This document shows, one piece after another, positions 36,875 to 50,000 of a DNA stretch of 64,000 bases. The notes under the pieces are model-generated. The model ran no database searches. It saw only the letters and a program-made list of their open reading frames with translations, and was not told the origin of the DNA. Origin of the DNA: Callorhinchus milii (Eukaryota). The DNA is taken from the NCBI RefSeq assembly GCF_018977255.1, contig NW_024704749.1:17918001-17982000 (forward strand), written 5' to 3'. A program made the translations under genes and the position numbers. Position 1 is the first letter of the stretch; every line of letters starts with the position of its first letter.

Positions 36875-37493
36875 CCAAAGCAACCAAGAAAAATGGTCAA
36901 TGAAAATGCACATCGCAACATGCTGGTGGAGCTGGCAGACGAGCTGGGTACTGAGGAACGATCAGCAAAGCACAGTCTAATCGGAATATGTACAAGCGTT
37001 TACGAGGTGGCTATTCCCACTGGCAAAATAAAAACCAGGTTTCCGTTTAAAGGATTAGTAAAGTATTGCACTATTGTAGCGGTTTTAAATTGTCAGCACA
37101 GTCGGATTAAAAAAAGCTTCCCAAGCCAGAGGTTTCAAGAGCCAGTCCTAAAACAGCTGGCTGGGAGTGTTCATGCTCTGCCTCTGTGCTGAGTCACTTT
37201 CTGACAGGATCACAGCAGGTGCTCGCTGCACCTTAATAATAATCCTTTCATTTGATATAGCGCCTTATCGCATCTTCGAGACGTCTCAAAGAGCTTCACA
37301 GAGTCTCAAATGGCCTCACAGAATATACTGTAAAGTGAATTGACAGTATATTGTGTGGGCGAAACGCGGCAACCAATTGCGCACAGCAGTGTCCCACAGA
37401 CAGCCGTGGATTAAGTGACCAAATTATTATTACTATTTGTGCAAGGAGCTCAAACATAGCTAACAAGCTCCCATCTCATGGACCTGTTTACAC

Positions 37494-37525
<32 letters not shown>

Positions 37526-40500
37526 CAATGCAGAGTCTGCGAGCATCAGCTCAGAAACCCCAAAATAAACAATTTCAGCAAAAAGTGGGATTTTTTTTCA
37601 TAGAGGTGCAGTCAGTCTCATTTTTAAACAATGTTGCACACCATCTCATTAACCTTTAAACAGCTGCTCGTGTGTGTGTTTGTGCGTGTATGTATGTTTA
37701 TCTGCGTGCACGCGTGGGGGTGGGTGAATAGGCGAAATATAATATGCATGATACGCTTTAAAAATGATCACTGACCTGCAAACCGAACGGTGCAGATCAA
37801 AAGAAAGCTGGTGAAAGAGAAAGGTGGTGCTTTAGTTGCACTAACCTTCACCCACCCAACATCGGTGATTGTGATTCATAAATGTGAACAAGATTAAACA
37901 CAAGTGGATTACAGTATCGCAGGAACCACGGCCAACCTTGGGAAGCCAAATGACCTCCCTGTGCAGCTCTCCGTTGAGTCCAGCAAACTCAGCGCACACT
38001 GGGATTCGAACCAGCGTACTATACTCTACATAGTCTGTAAACTACAGCTCCGGCTACTACACCATTGGGGCTGCCCTCCCCACTCCCCATCCCATCTCTC
38101 AACACACGCCCCTCAAGACTTCTCGCACTTCAGAGGTACGAGGGTAAATTAACGGCCGCTGCAAAAGTCGTCGGCCTGGCCAACCCGTATTTAACTCTCC
38201 AGTAATAACTGCGAGTCTGATCGGAGGGGAAGCTGCGTTGCCAAACAGGCAGCCAAATCGGTTGTGGGTTAAAAGGTTGCAGAGCCCTGTTGCAACTTCA
38301 AACCGTTCTCCATTTGGAACGGTTACATGATATTCGCACTTTCCCTCGGCTGCTCTCACATGTCCTGTGCATTCTGCAGAGTAGCTGCAGTGCGGAGCAG
38401 AGCACCAGCGAATAAATTAATCCTTGGGCGAATGCGAGACAAGTGAAAGGTAGCTGCTGGCTGGCTCTTGTGATGAAGGCAGAGATGAGCACAAAGGCTG
38501 ATCAATGTAATAATAATAATAATAATAATCGTTGCATTGATATAGCGCCTTTTCACGTATCTGAGATGTCTCAAAGAGCATTACAGAATATACTGTGAAG
38601 TGAATTGACTATATTTTGTGGGCGAAAATGAATGATGCTCAAGGTGAGAGGCGAACACTGGAGATAAACAGTTTGCATCTAAAACATCAGCGCAGACCTA
38701 TTCTCAAATCAGACACTGAATGGGTCAGACAGCTCATTGTTCAACAAACAGCGTCTCCTCACCCGGGCGGGATGCATTATAAATGAGACATCTCCTGTTC
38801 AATCAGGAGCTGCTTCCATGCTGGTACCTTCACAGACACATCATCACTCTTTAATGGGAAGTCACCTTGAGAGCAGCAGCAGAACAGGCTCAATCGCTAG
38901 AAACCCCCGAGTCTCACAAACACGCACTCCCTCCCTCTTCCAAACTGTCTGACCCATTTCTAATAGATTTAGAACTCAGGCAGGAAACGCTGGGATCTGC
39001 TTGCTGGGTGCATCCTCCCCAGTACAGAATTTTCACCTCACGTGAGCAGCTTTAAATACCCGTCAAAAGGCCAGTTTGAGACTTGCACTTTCAACCTTGC
39101 GTCTACAGGGAGTGGTTGGTACAGCCTTATTAAAAGGGAAAGTCTAGGGGAAGCACACTGGACTCAGAATAGTTACCCCCCCCCCACCCCCTCTCTTTTA
39201 TTTTTTAGGTCCCTCTGGAAAGAGAATGCGCACTCTATTCCAGAGGCGAAGCAGCTTCCACACTCAATAGTTTGGCTCGGGAGACTCTTAAAGCAAGGTG
39301 ACGGGTTACCGCGGGTGTCAAGATACCTGGCTGATCGAAAAGATAAGTTTCATTTAATTGAAGCGGCAACAGATCTGCTCATTAGCTCCAGTGACTCAGT
39401 CACGTGTGTGGAATAATTTGTTGTGCAGCTGCCCTTATAGGGAAGCGTGCGTTTTCTAGAGGGGCCGCACGTGGTGGGGAGCAGGTGACTTGTTAAGAAT
39501 AAGCGGTAAGCCACGGTGTCTGAGGAGGAGAGCACCACCGGGAAAAGCGGGACCTCCGGGAACAAGAGGCGGAAGAAGGCCGTCAACAATACACAAAAGG
39601 TGGTTTATGACGGAGGGTTGTAAACCTATCTATCACAATATGGGAGGATGTGGACTCAGTTCCACATTAAGTCCACTCAGAGAGGAGTGGACGGGGAAGA
39701 ACAGACATTAACTGATTGAACCATTTTGGTGCTTCAATGGCAAATTTTAAAGGAATCCCCCAGTTCAAGCCCCTGTCTCCCACCCCCCACCCCCCGAGAA
39801 AACGGTGGTTAGGTTCTCCAAGGTGCCTGTGACTTTAAATCCTCCCTCTCTCTCCTTACCACGCCCTGTAAAAGCTGGAAATCTTACTCAATTCACCGGT
39901 GTGGGCGGTGGGTGGGAGGGAGAGTGGACCTGCCAACCTACCTGGCTCCCTGCCAACATTCTGCATGTTAGCCCCAAGAGAAGCCTGCAGCTCAGTCAAT
40001 CTGTTCATTTCTAATGGTTCGGCTACTCGATCGTAATAATCTGAAACTTGATTGGATTTAGAACAGCGGCAATGCTCCCACTTGAAGCGAATCTTGCCGA
40101 TTGATTTCCTCGGAAAGAATCTGTTCGCAGATCCGAGCAAAGTCATCGACTCCAGCTCAGATTTGCGCTGCTTACAGCTTTCAGTTATACTGATCAATAG
40201 TTAGGCTTGTGCGGTTTTCGATTCTTATCATTTTAAAATTTCCCATGTGAAATACTGACGTTTACGGAGGGGGGGGATTTTACTCACAATGTTTTTTGTA
40301 ATCTTTTCAGCCACCAAATGGCCGACTCGCAAGTCACAAGGTCATCACCGATGCCACTTCCTGGGTGCCGCTGATGCTGCTATGAGCACACAGCTTGTGA
40401 TGCTCATCAAAGCAAACCTTGCATTTGGTATAGCACCTTACCACGTCTTCTAGATGTCTCAACGCGCTCCACGGAATACACTGTGAAGTAAATCGACTGC

Positions 40501-40990
40501 ATGTTTTACCGGCGAAATTGACGATGCTGGTCACTTTTAGAGTTCAAAGGGCTAAAAAAAAAAGTTACCCAGTCCCAGTATTTAACAACGGGAATTAATT
40601 TTCCTGTTTTTTGAGAAATCAATGACAATTTTTTACCACTTCAAGTCAGAAACTGTCAAGCCTATCAATAGTTCATAAAAAGTCCATTGCCGGCCAGCCA
40701 GCCAATCCATTCTTCATGTAGAACAGAAGAAGGAACAAACATCAAATCCCTCTCGCACTGTTACCTCTGGGTCCTATGTAACATTCTTGAAAAGCAATCA
40801 AAATATTTAACGACAAAAAAAAAAGAAACAAAATGGATGTAAATGTCACGAGGAACACCACAAATGTTCCACCACAAATGAAAGGGATATTCTTTTGGGG
40901 ACGTTTGAAACCTTGAGGAATACACTGTAAAAACAACAAGGTAAGTAACTACAGCAAAATAATACAGCAGACATAATGAAAGAAACAAGT

Positions 40991-41200
40991 CTATAGCTCT
41001 TCATAGTCTCCAGCGCCCCTACCACTTGGGTTATGTCCGTCACCACTGCCAGCCAGAAACATTTCCAAATCATCGACTTCTCCGTCAGTCTTATCCTTAC
41101 TCTTCAGTTTCTTCTTCCTCTTCTTCTCCTCCTCTAAACCTGGCTCCTTCTCTTTGCCTTTCTTGTGCCTGTGTTTCTTTTTTTCCAATTTTTCCTCCTC
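40991..41200 (-). CDS. RABL6: Rab-like protein 6, exon 15 (EEEKLEKKKHRHKK...GAGDYEEL*)
   Basis: Acceptor at 41201; Lys/Glu-rich tail with DDLEMFL and terminal DYEEL as in RABL6; TAG stop. Confidence 0.93.
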   Translation of the reverse strand, partial: EEEKLEKKKHRHKKGKEKEPGLEEEKKRKKKLKSKDKTDGEVDDLEMFLAGSGDGHNPSGRGAGDYEEL

Positions 41201-41249
41201 CTGAAATTAATAAGAATGATGCCTGCATTAGACAGAGATGTATAAAATA

Positions 41250-41660
41250 TATATACATAATTATATATAGGATTTTTCGCATCAAGAGGACACCTCAAAG
41301 GCTATCCTGTAATGTGGAATTAAAATATTATGTGGGTGAAACACAGCAGACAATTTGCACATAGAAGTGTCCCACAAACAGCCGTGAAAGTGAGTGACAA
41401 ATTTTAATTGGGGCATTGTTGGTTAGGGCATCAGGAGAAACTCTTCTCTTTTTGATTAGTGTCAAGGAATTTTTAGCGTTTACCTGAACAGACAGAGAGG
41501 ACCTCGGTTTAACGTCTCATACGAAGGACGGCACCTCCGACAATGTACCACAGCACTGGAGTATCAGCCACCCATGAGTTCCAAGTCCCGATGTGGGGCT
41601 TGAACTCACAATGTTCTGGCTAAAAGTTGAGAGAGCAACCAACTGAGCCAGGCTGACATG
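41250..41660 (-). mobile_element. SINE family B, full length
   Basis: Head, core and tail motifs. Confidence 0.8.
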
Positions 41661-42009
41661 CTAAAGAGTCCTGAAAGGCTCAATATCATAAAGGCAAGTG
41701 TCGTACAGGAAGATTTACAGCATTGTCGGAGACTAGTGTCTTCTATAAATGGTGCACACATCTTAGTGCAAGGGAAGGTGTGAAAGATGGTTCAAAATGT
41801 AACACCCTTAAAGGGTTAATCATTAGCTTTCATTAAGAATTATCACCAGCTGCAATACACAAAGCAACAAAAACAGACAAGGGATTTAACTCTCTGGAAT
41901 CATGTAAATCTACCAAATAATAAATGTCACGGAGCAGGTAAACACGGGTTATTACTTCAAAGCCAGCTCAAAAATGGGGCCAGAAGCCATAAATGGAAAT
42001 AATAAATGA

Positions 42010-42316
42010 TAATCCCTATAGAGTGCCCATAACATCGAAACGTCTCGAGCACTTACAGTAATTGCTGTTACGTAACAGTGACTCTGCATTTGTAAGGAAA
42101 CGCAGCAGCCAATTTTTGCACAGAAATGTCCTGGGCCAAGAGGAAAGTGCGGCTGCAATTTACATGTCACATCCAAAGGACGGATCTCCAGAGGTACAGT
42201 GCTTCCCCCCACAACACTGCACTGGAGTGTCAGCCTGAACTGTAAGCTCAAAGTGGGGCTTCAACACCCCAACATTTTGACACAGAGGCCAGAGTGCTAC
42301 CAACTTAACCAGGCTG
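42010..42316 (-). mobile_element. SINE family B, internally deleted
   Basis: Head and partial core/tail. Confidence 0.7.
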
Positions 42317-42519
42317 GAATTGGTCAAGGAACATTTGTAAGTGACATTTGACTTTACACGGGCTGACCAATTTTTGGAATATTCCACCATGGCTTTACAG
42401 TCAACTAAAGAAGGGAAAGAAACATTTAGTGTTATTCAAACTGGAACGAGTGTGTACTAGAGCGCACCGAATGACTAACTTTCTTACATCCCGTCACTAG
42501 TTTTAAATTAAATCGTTAC

Positions 42520-42584
42520 CTCCTTCACATCTTTTACTTTTTTCTTCTTTTTCTTGTCTTTTGAGGAGAGTTTGCTGGTTTTAT
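42520..42584 (-). CDS. RABL6: RABL6 exon 14 (DKTSKLSSKDKKKKKKVKDVKE)
   Basis: ttctcctttgcag / gtaacg boundaries; phase 1 to 0 fits both neighbours. Confidence 0.88.
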
Positions 42585-43139
42585 CTGCAAAGGAGAAGAA
42601 AAGGATAAGTCTGTCATGTGGTAAAAGTGGTTTAAAAAAAAAAGGTAGAAATATACTCTTATCCTCTCTGGCCTCGAGCAGGAGATGGGAATGATGTTGT
42701 ATCCAGAAAGAAGCACTGGAGAAATCCGAGGCTCAGTGTTGGTGTTGAGGGAAAATAATGAGTTGTTTTCACCAGCTACCGATGACTGAAATATCAGGGT
42801 TCAAATTCACCCTGGTGTTCTAAAGGCTTTCAAACGTAATTTTGCGGAGAATAGTCAGGATTAAACGATTTGTCAATAATCTCTCTACTACAGTGTTAGG
42901 ACTGCAGGAGACTGTCAAGCGATTTGGAAAGTGTAATTCTGCCTTGATACTGCTAAGAGCAAATCCACTTGGCTCCTTGCAATATAGTAACTTGTAGCAG
43001 AAATCTTTTTGTTTTATTTTTAATAAAATTATTTAAAGAGCTGTTTGAGTGATTTGGCTCCTTAATAACTTGGCTCTTTAAATACATTACTCTACTTTGG
43101 GATTCCTGTTAGTGACTCAATACAACAACACAATTATAT

Positions 43140-43525
43140 TTGATTAGCGCTTTTCACGTCGGAAGGACGTCCCAAGTCGCTGGACAGTCAGTGTTTCGGA
43201 CGCGAGCTGGGGGTCAGGATTAGGGAGAGTGGAAGCAGTGGGGGGGGAAGGAGGATGATCGAAAGTATGGTTGAAGAGGAGGGTCTTGAGATGGGTCTTG
43301 AAGGAGGCAAGGGAAGGGGCGAGGCGGAGGAACTGTGGGATGGAGTTCCAGAGGGTGGGGTAGAGTGGTAGAAGGTCAACCCGCAATGGTGGGGTGGGCG
43401 AGGAGGTGTAGTGGGGCGATGTTGCGGAGGTGGAGGAAGGCAGAGCGGATCATGGCACGGATGTGGGGTAGAACGGATAGCAGAGGGTCAAACAAGACGC
43501 CAATAGATTCAAACCCTGCACCACA
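43140..43525 (-). mobile_element. L2-clade LINE 3' end (ORF2 C-terminus + 3'UTR + tail)
   Basis: PTLWNSIPQFLRLAPSLASFKTHLKTLLF is a typical L2 ORF2 terminus; GVLFDPLLS...SAFLHLRNIA upstream; tail hairpin shared with the SINEs. Confidence 0.85.
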
Positions 43526-43796
43526 GTGAATATCACAGCTGTATAATAAAAGATTAGCGAACAAAGTAATTCACATTGGTTGGGTGGGTAGGTGCGTGGG
43601 GTGAGTGTGTGTGTGTGTGTGGGTGTGTCTCCTCCTTTGACTACGAAGTGTAAACATGAACTCCGTATTACACTTAATGAAACATAAAGTCAATGTTAGT
43701 TTTGGCCCTTAGCCTGATTTTGGTTTTGCCATGAGACAAAATACATTTAGTTCATTACTAAGAATTCCACATTATTCAGCACAACCCTCAAGGCAC

Positions 43797-43974
43797 CTTC
43801 ACTGCTGTTCTCGAGTGCTGCTACTGTCTTTTCCTCGGCGCCCAACCCAAACAGATCCAAGTCGTTGGCCGGCTTTAGCGAATGTTTGAGAGGATTCAGC
43901 GGAACTGTTAGCTTCACAGGAGTCAGGTCATCTTCCGAGACCTCGGACGGGTCCTCTCGTACGGGAAACTCTTC
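43797..43974 (-). CDS. RABL6: RABL6 exon 13 (EEFPVREDPSEVSEDD...DLDLFGLG)
   Basis: AG/GT boundaries; FPVRxDPS and DLFGLG motifs of RABL6. Confidence 0.9.
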
Positions 43975-44536
43975 CTGCGATGAAAAGCAAAACACAGAAC
44001 ATTTATAGAGCAGAGGGGAGCACCCGATAGATATTTAACCAACAGTATTCATTCTAATCCCGATTGAAAGAGCACAAGAGACTAAAATAAACTGAGTCTT
44101 TGAATTGAGGATTATAAAATGATCCTTGCACTTGATTATGGCACCTTTCACATTTGGAGACCGATTTGCAATTGTTTAGTGCCCTTCAATGCAGGTTAGT
44201 GTCTCAGAGTGCTATGCAGGGTTCAACACGGGGCAAAGGAGAAGGGGGAGGTGACCATAGGTGCTGTTGAGGACGTCTCAAAGCACTTCACAGGATTCAC
44301 TGCAAAGTGTAGTGGCTATGTTTTTTGTAGGTGAACAATACAGCACTGGAAAGAATCACTGCTGTCGGTTTTCTGGTGGGTGCCAATATTTGAACACTAT
44401 TACATTTACCCAAGATCATAAGAATGAAGAAAACCCTTCAGCCCATTTACAACCATAGAAATTTAGCCATTTGGCCGTCATCTAATCCAATCCACAACCA
44501 TCTAATCAACCTGAACGAGCCAGAAGTGAAGCTTAC

Positions 44537-44900
44537 CGTCTTTATTTTTTTGTCCAAATCTTCACTTTCAAAATCAGGATCGTCCATCACAAAGGAGAGC
44601 AGCTGAGTGGCGATCGGGCCCTCGAGGTCACTCTCTGAAGATTCCTTGTTCTCCTGCGCTTTGGACTTGCTCGGACCTTTGCTGCCCGCTTTGGAAGCTG
44701 AAGCGAGCGTTGGAACTGCAGCCGATGTGGTCACACAGGAGGTGGGCATCAGGGAGGAGTCAGCAGCCAAATGGGAGGCAGTCTTTAAGCTGCTGAGTGG
44801 CTCTGGCTGGATCGGGCTTGGTAACATGACCCCAGGTTTCTGTTCACTGAGTTTGGTGGAAGCCATGACATTCTTGGATTTTGATGAACCTTTGGAAGCC
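44537..44900 (-). CDS. RABL6: RABL6 exon 12 (...ESDLEGPIATQLLSFVMDDPDFESED...)
   Basis: AG/GT boundaries; conserved EGPIAxQxLSFVMDDPDFESE motif. Confidence 0.92.
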
Positions 44901-45606
44901 CTGGCAACAAAGAGACCATTTTGAAACTAGCAAAACAAAACATTTAATTGAGGAAAGTTTTTAGGATTTTTGGACTCTGGAATCTTATATTAATAATAAT
45001 CCTTGCATTTGATATAGCGCTTTTTCACATCTTTGAGACGTCTCAAAGCATCTCACAGAATACAAGGTGAAGTGAATTGAGTGTACATTTTTGGGGGTGA
45101 AATCTTAGAAAATGACCACGTAGTAATCCTGCCATTATTTCCACTCAGCAACGCATACAGGTTAGGACCAGTCTCCTTTATGCCACTCTCCCAGATCCCA
45201 AGGCAGCACAGGTACTTGCTATCCGAAGGTGCAGTTGTGTCTGAAAACACTACTGTGTATATCCTTCATGCTCTTTATTTTCCTGTCAACCCAGAACCAC
45301 AGAAAATAAGAGGATTAAATAAAGGGTGTTTGTTCCGTTGTGTATGAGTTGCTTTGAAAGAGCAATCCATTCAGTCCCATTAGCCTGTTTTTTCCCCGTG
45401 AAAGCTTCAATGGTTTCTGCCTCGACCAACACCACTAGACAGTGCATTCCATATGCCTAACAACTATGTAAAAAATTCCTCACAATCTCCTCCTTCGCTA
45501 ACTACCTTAAATTGATGTCTTCTGGTCACTGATAACATCAACAACAATTTTCACTTAATGTACTGTAAATTGAAGTGTGAAAGGACACCTTGTTATAAAT
45601 GCTGAC

Positions 45607-45804
45607 CTTTTCATTTCTTCTTCCGAATCCATATCTTCGCTCGTCATCATGGCAACCTTCGCACCGTCCTCTTCGTCGCTGGAGAAGGTTACATCTTTAC
45701 TAGGAACTTGTGACTTCACTTTCGGCTTCTCGGGAATCTGGTCGTCAAAATCCAAGTCGTCCTGGAAACGGTCAACCATGGGATTGCCTCGTCTCTCTCC
45801 ATCA
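45607..45804 (-). CDS. RABL6: RABL6 exon 11 (DGERRGNPMVDRFQDDLD...SSDEE)
   Basis: AG/GT boundaries; GNPMVxxFQDDxD motif. Confidence 0.92.
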
Positions 45805-45844
45805 CTGCACGGGAGTGACCAATAGGCAAGTTTACAGATTGTTA

Positions 45845-46090
45845 CAACAACAACAACTTCCATGTATATAGCACCCTTCACCCGCGGAAGCGTCTAAGTT
45901 GCGGACAGGTTCGGTGAGTATGAGGGAGAGCCCGGGTGGTTGGAGTTCAGACTCGCAGGAGAGAAGTCGTTGACGGGAGCCAATGAGTATGGCTTCCGTC
46001 TTGCCAACATTCAGCTGCAGGATATTTGCGCTCATCCAGGTCTTGATGTCCGTCAAACAAGCTGACAGGACATCAGCGGACTGAGAGTTG
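45845..46090 (-). mobile_element. L2 LINE RT fragment joined to a 3' tail
   Basis: CLTDIKTWMSANILQLNVGKTEAILIG matches the L2 RT C-terminal motif. Confidence 0.8.
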
Positions 46091-46867
46091 CAGTTGGAGG
46101 AGAAGCAGATTTGGGTAGATTACTGTTACAACTCCTCAGAGATAGTGCCCAAAACACAAAGAAATGGCTACCAACTCTCGTCCTCCTGGAAAGGGACAGT
46201 GTGCCGGGCTAAAAGCATTAAAGGAAGTCAAGGCGCCTGGACTGGTTTGAGTGCTTACAAGGATAGAATCATAAAACTTTACAGCACAGAAAGCCATTTG
46301 ACCCATCGAGTCTGCACTGGCTGTCAGAGCAAACTGTTCATTCAATCCCACTGCCTTTCCCTATCCTCCTGACCTTTCAAGCCTCTAATTTTCATACAAC
46401 GGTCTACTTCCCTCTTGAAACCTACAAATCTTAAGAACTGGTTACGTTCTTGCAGGTGTATTAAGGAGCTCATTGGAGACCGGAGAGAGTATGGAGTGTA
46501 ATGCCTATTAAGGGGAAGTATGATCCAGAGAAGCAAATAGCTTTCCAGCGGTCATCCATTAAATGCGTGTTTAGGTTTCTACCTCCCACCCTGACCTATA
46601 TTTGTTAGATCAGGGTATTAAGGGATAAGGGTGGGTAATTGGACTTGAGAAACAGATCAGCCATGATCTTATAGAATAGCGGAACAGGCTCGAGGGGCTG
46701 AATGGCTTCCTCCTGTATCTGTGTTTCACCTCAACTCAGACTTCTCATTTGAGAGACCAGCCACTGTAGTGGAGTTGGATTGGAAGCCTGCAGTGTTTAT
46801 ATTCCCACTCTCGGCTATTAAATGGTGGCCCTCTTTAATTCAATATTTAGAATCCGAAATCCTTTAC

Positions 46868-47024
46868 CTGTCGCTCTCCTGTCCCTCTCGAATCTCTGGA
46901 TTCTCTTTTCCCCTCTGAGACTGTGCGTCCTCCAGAAAGCTCTTGTCCAACCCTTCTTCGGGAACAAAGTCATCAACACTCTGCACCTTCTCCTGACCCT
47001 CCGAGGTCACGGTCACTGCTTTAT
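46868..47024 (-). CDS. RABL6: RABL6 exon 10 (...VQSVDDFVPEEGLDKSFLED...)
   Basis: AG/GT boundaries; matches human VQSVEDFVPDDRLDRSFLED. Confidence 0.92.
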
Positions 47025-50000
47025 CTATTTAAGCAAGATCTTGGTTACTCAATCTCCGAGAGGCAAAGAGTATTAGAAAGGAATTGCACACAAGTTTGGG
47101 AGCTAATTCTCAAACACTCAGTAGAAATTTATAGAAGGCAGCCATTTGGGATAGTACATCTGTGGTGGCATTTTAGCCTAACCTCCCTACCTCTCCGACC
47201 TGCTTACTCCCCAATCCACTACCTCTGCTCAATTGGCTCCGGCTTGCTACTTGCCCTCCGTACCCTCAGTTCCACCACAGGTGGCTCGCCACCCTGAAAG
47301 GAAACTTGCCTAAGGTTTCGCCCCACTAGGGTATGGAACCTGGGTCCTCTCGCTTGAAAAGTGATACGTATGTATACTGGTAGTTTCTTTAAGAGAAGTT
47401 TAGATCATGTTTAAAAGAAAATGACACTTCTTGAAGCTCATCCTAATTTTCAGCCAGGGTTTAAGCCTGTCACTTGAACTATTTATTTTCGATTTGTGAT
47501 GTTCAGTAACAATGATTTGTGATATTTCCATTACACCAGTGAAATCAGTGCCATATGCTTTCCAATAAGGACAAATACTTTGTCTTTGTATTCGTGGCAT
47601 ATCATCAGGTTTACCTGACAGGATTGATTAACAATGGCATTGAAAAACATTGCGTGTAAGAGATGCATTCCAGTATAACACTGATTTGAAGTGGCACTTT
47701 ACCAGCTGAAAAGTAAAACCTGTATGGATGCTGTGTTCATTGTGAAGTGCTCACTCGCACCTCCCATTAAGAAGGTAAAACACCACGAGCCTTAACTGAA
47801 AGAAAGGAACATGCCCCGAAGGAACGCCTGTTTTCGCTGAATGAGCCGAGTTTTGCAAAAGCTAATTACTGAAATGGAATAATGGGCACAGAACCCCCTC
47901 AGGACTAGAACATGTCTCTAGAGCTTCATCCGATCCTGTGTGCTGTACAGGGCGACCAAAAGGCTGTGATACATTACAATGTATAATAAGTCTTTTGCCT
48001 TTGAAGAAATAAAGTAATTATTATTAAAGTAAATGGTGTCACGACTTTTTTTTGGTCACCCTGTAATTTTTGGAGCTGTCTTCATTACATTCGGTTCTCC
48101 GATATATAATAATGCCTGATGCTATCTATCTCAGTTGCAATACACGTCTTTCTGAAAGCTTCAGTTGTGCGCATGTGTGTGTGTGTGTGTGTGTTTGCGT
48201 GCATGTAAAATCCAGTAGAAGATTACTAAAATAATGATTGATGGGTCTTCCTGCAGGCTTCCAGCTTCTTCAAGGACAGACTTCTAAGGAGAACAGAGTT
48301 CTGGATCATAGATGATGGAATAAACAAGAGGAGTCTTTGTAATCCTTTTCCATCCTTAAGACCGTGCATTCCTGGCTGCCCTCTCGTCATGTTTTTGATG
48401 CAATTTTGTATCTCGTTTTCGACCCTGTAGCCCATTAATCTTTGAGGGAACCATTAATCTCGAATGAACAATCTTCCCATTAGTTCACGTGACATTCACC
48501 ATTAAGCGCTCTGAGACGCTATCCTGCATGAAGGATGCTATAAAAATGCAGGTTGTTGTTTCTTTGTTGCTGTATTGACGTAATAATCTGGATTTACTTT
48601 CTCAAACCCATTTATAAATCTTACAGACTATTGAGGTCCACTCTGAAATGCCTCTTTTTAAGGCTGAGGAGCCCGAGGTTATCTAACCATTGCTCATAGC
48701 TCATTCCTCTTGGACCACAACAGCTTCATCAAAATAACTGATATTGGTTACTTTTCAATTCTCCAATTACCAAAGAGATATCAGACTTTAGTGTTGCCAT
48801 TCTTCCGAAGAAAACCCCTTCAGGCAAGCTTCAAGCCTGCCTCTGATCAGCCTAGCAGCACAGAAATGCTGTCAAAGCAGTCAGAGACAAACCTTTAAGT
48901 GGATTCCTCGGAAGATAAATCTGTATCTGGGATGAACCCAGGATATCTTTTCTCTCTTGTATCAGAACGCATCAGAAGAGGAATGGCTGAAAGCCTCATT
49001 CAAAAATACACAGTTACACCACTTCAGTATATCCTGTGATGATACGATAAGGCGCTATATCAAATACAAGGATTATTATATTAAATCACTATGTGGATAC
49101 AGTCTGATTTGAGTGTTACCAACTGAGCCAGGCTATTCGTATGTATTCCTAGGTTCTATACAGTCGATTCACTTTACAGTATGTTCTTTGAAGCACTTTG
49201 AGACAACGTGATACGGCACTATATCAAATGCAAGAATTATTATTATTATTTTAGTTTTTCCACAAGATCCTGCAGATGAGGATATGTGTTAAGTGCTACC
49301 AGAAGGATCGACCATCAAGGACAAAACCTGGTCAGCTCAACTCTGAGGCACTGTAAAGTAGGCTATAAAGTCATTCAAAAAAAGAATGAATGGCAATTCA
49401 CAAATCATTGTCTGCCTCACGGAGCAGGATCATTACATTACGGCAGGATGTTTTGCCAACGTTGGTCAGTATTCCACTCACTGAATTACTGGGAAACCTG
49501 CCAAGATTAACGCAGTCATTACTTCAGATGCATCCGTAGATGAAGAAACGCAGAATCGATTGGGGACGTTTAAAAGCTAAATAACTGGGAAGTGCAAAAG
49601 ATTAAGGGATATGGAGAAAAGACGGGGAAATGGTTTTAAAAGGTTTTGTGTGACCTAACAAAATGGTGAAGCAGGCTCGAAAGGATAATGGCCTTCCTCT
49701 GTTCCTATCTTCTAAATTATGCTTTTAGCTACTCTTCTCAGCTCATATTCAGCTGCAAATGAATACCATGTAGTGTCCAGCAGAGGTAATCATGCCTTTA
49801 TGCTTTTGTGAAGAATAATATCATGTTTTATCTCAGAAACATAGAAATGCAAGACACAGAAGGAGGTCATTTGGCCCATCGGGTCCGTGCTGGCATTTTT
49901 AAAGAGCAATCCTTTCTGTCCCATTTCTAATAATAATTGTTGCATTTGATACAGCGGCTTTTCACATTGTCTCAAAGCATCATAGAATATATTGTAAAGT

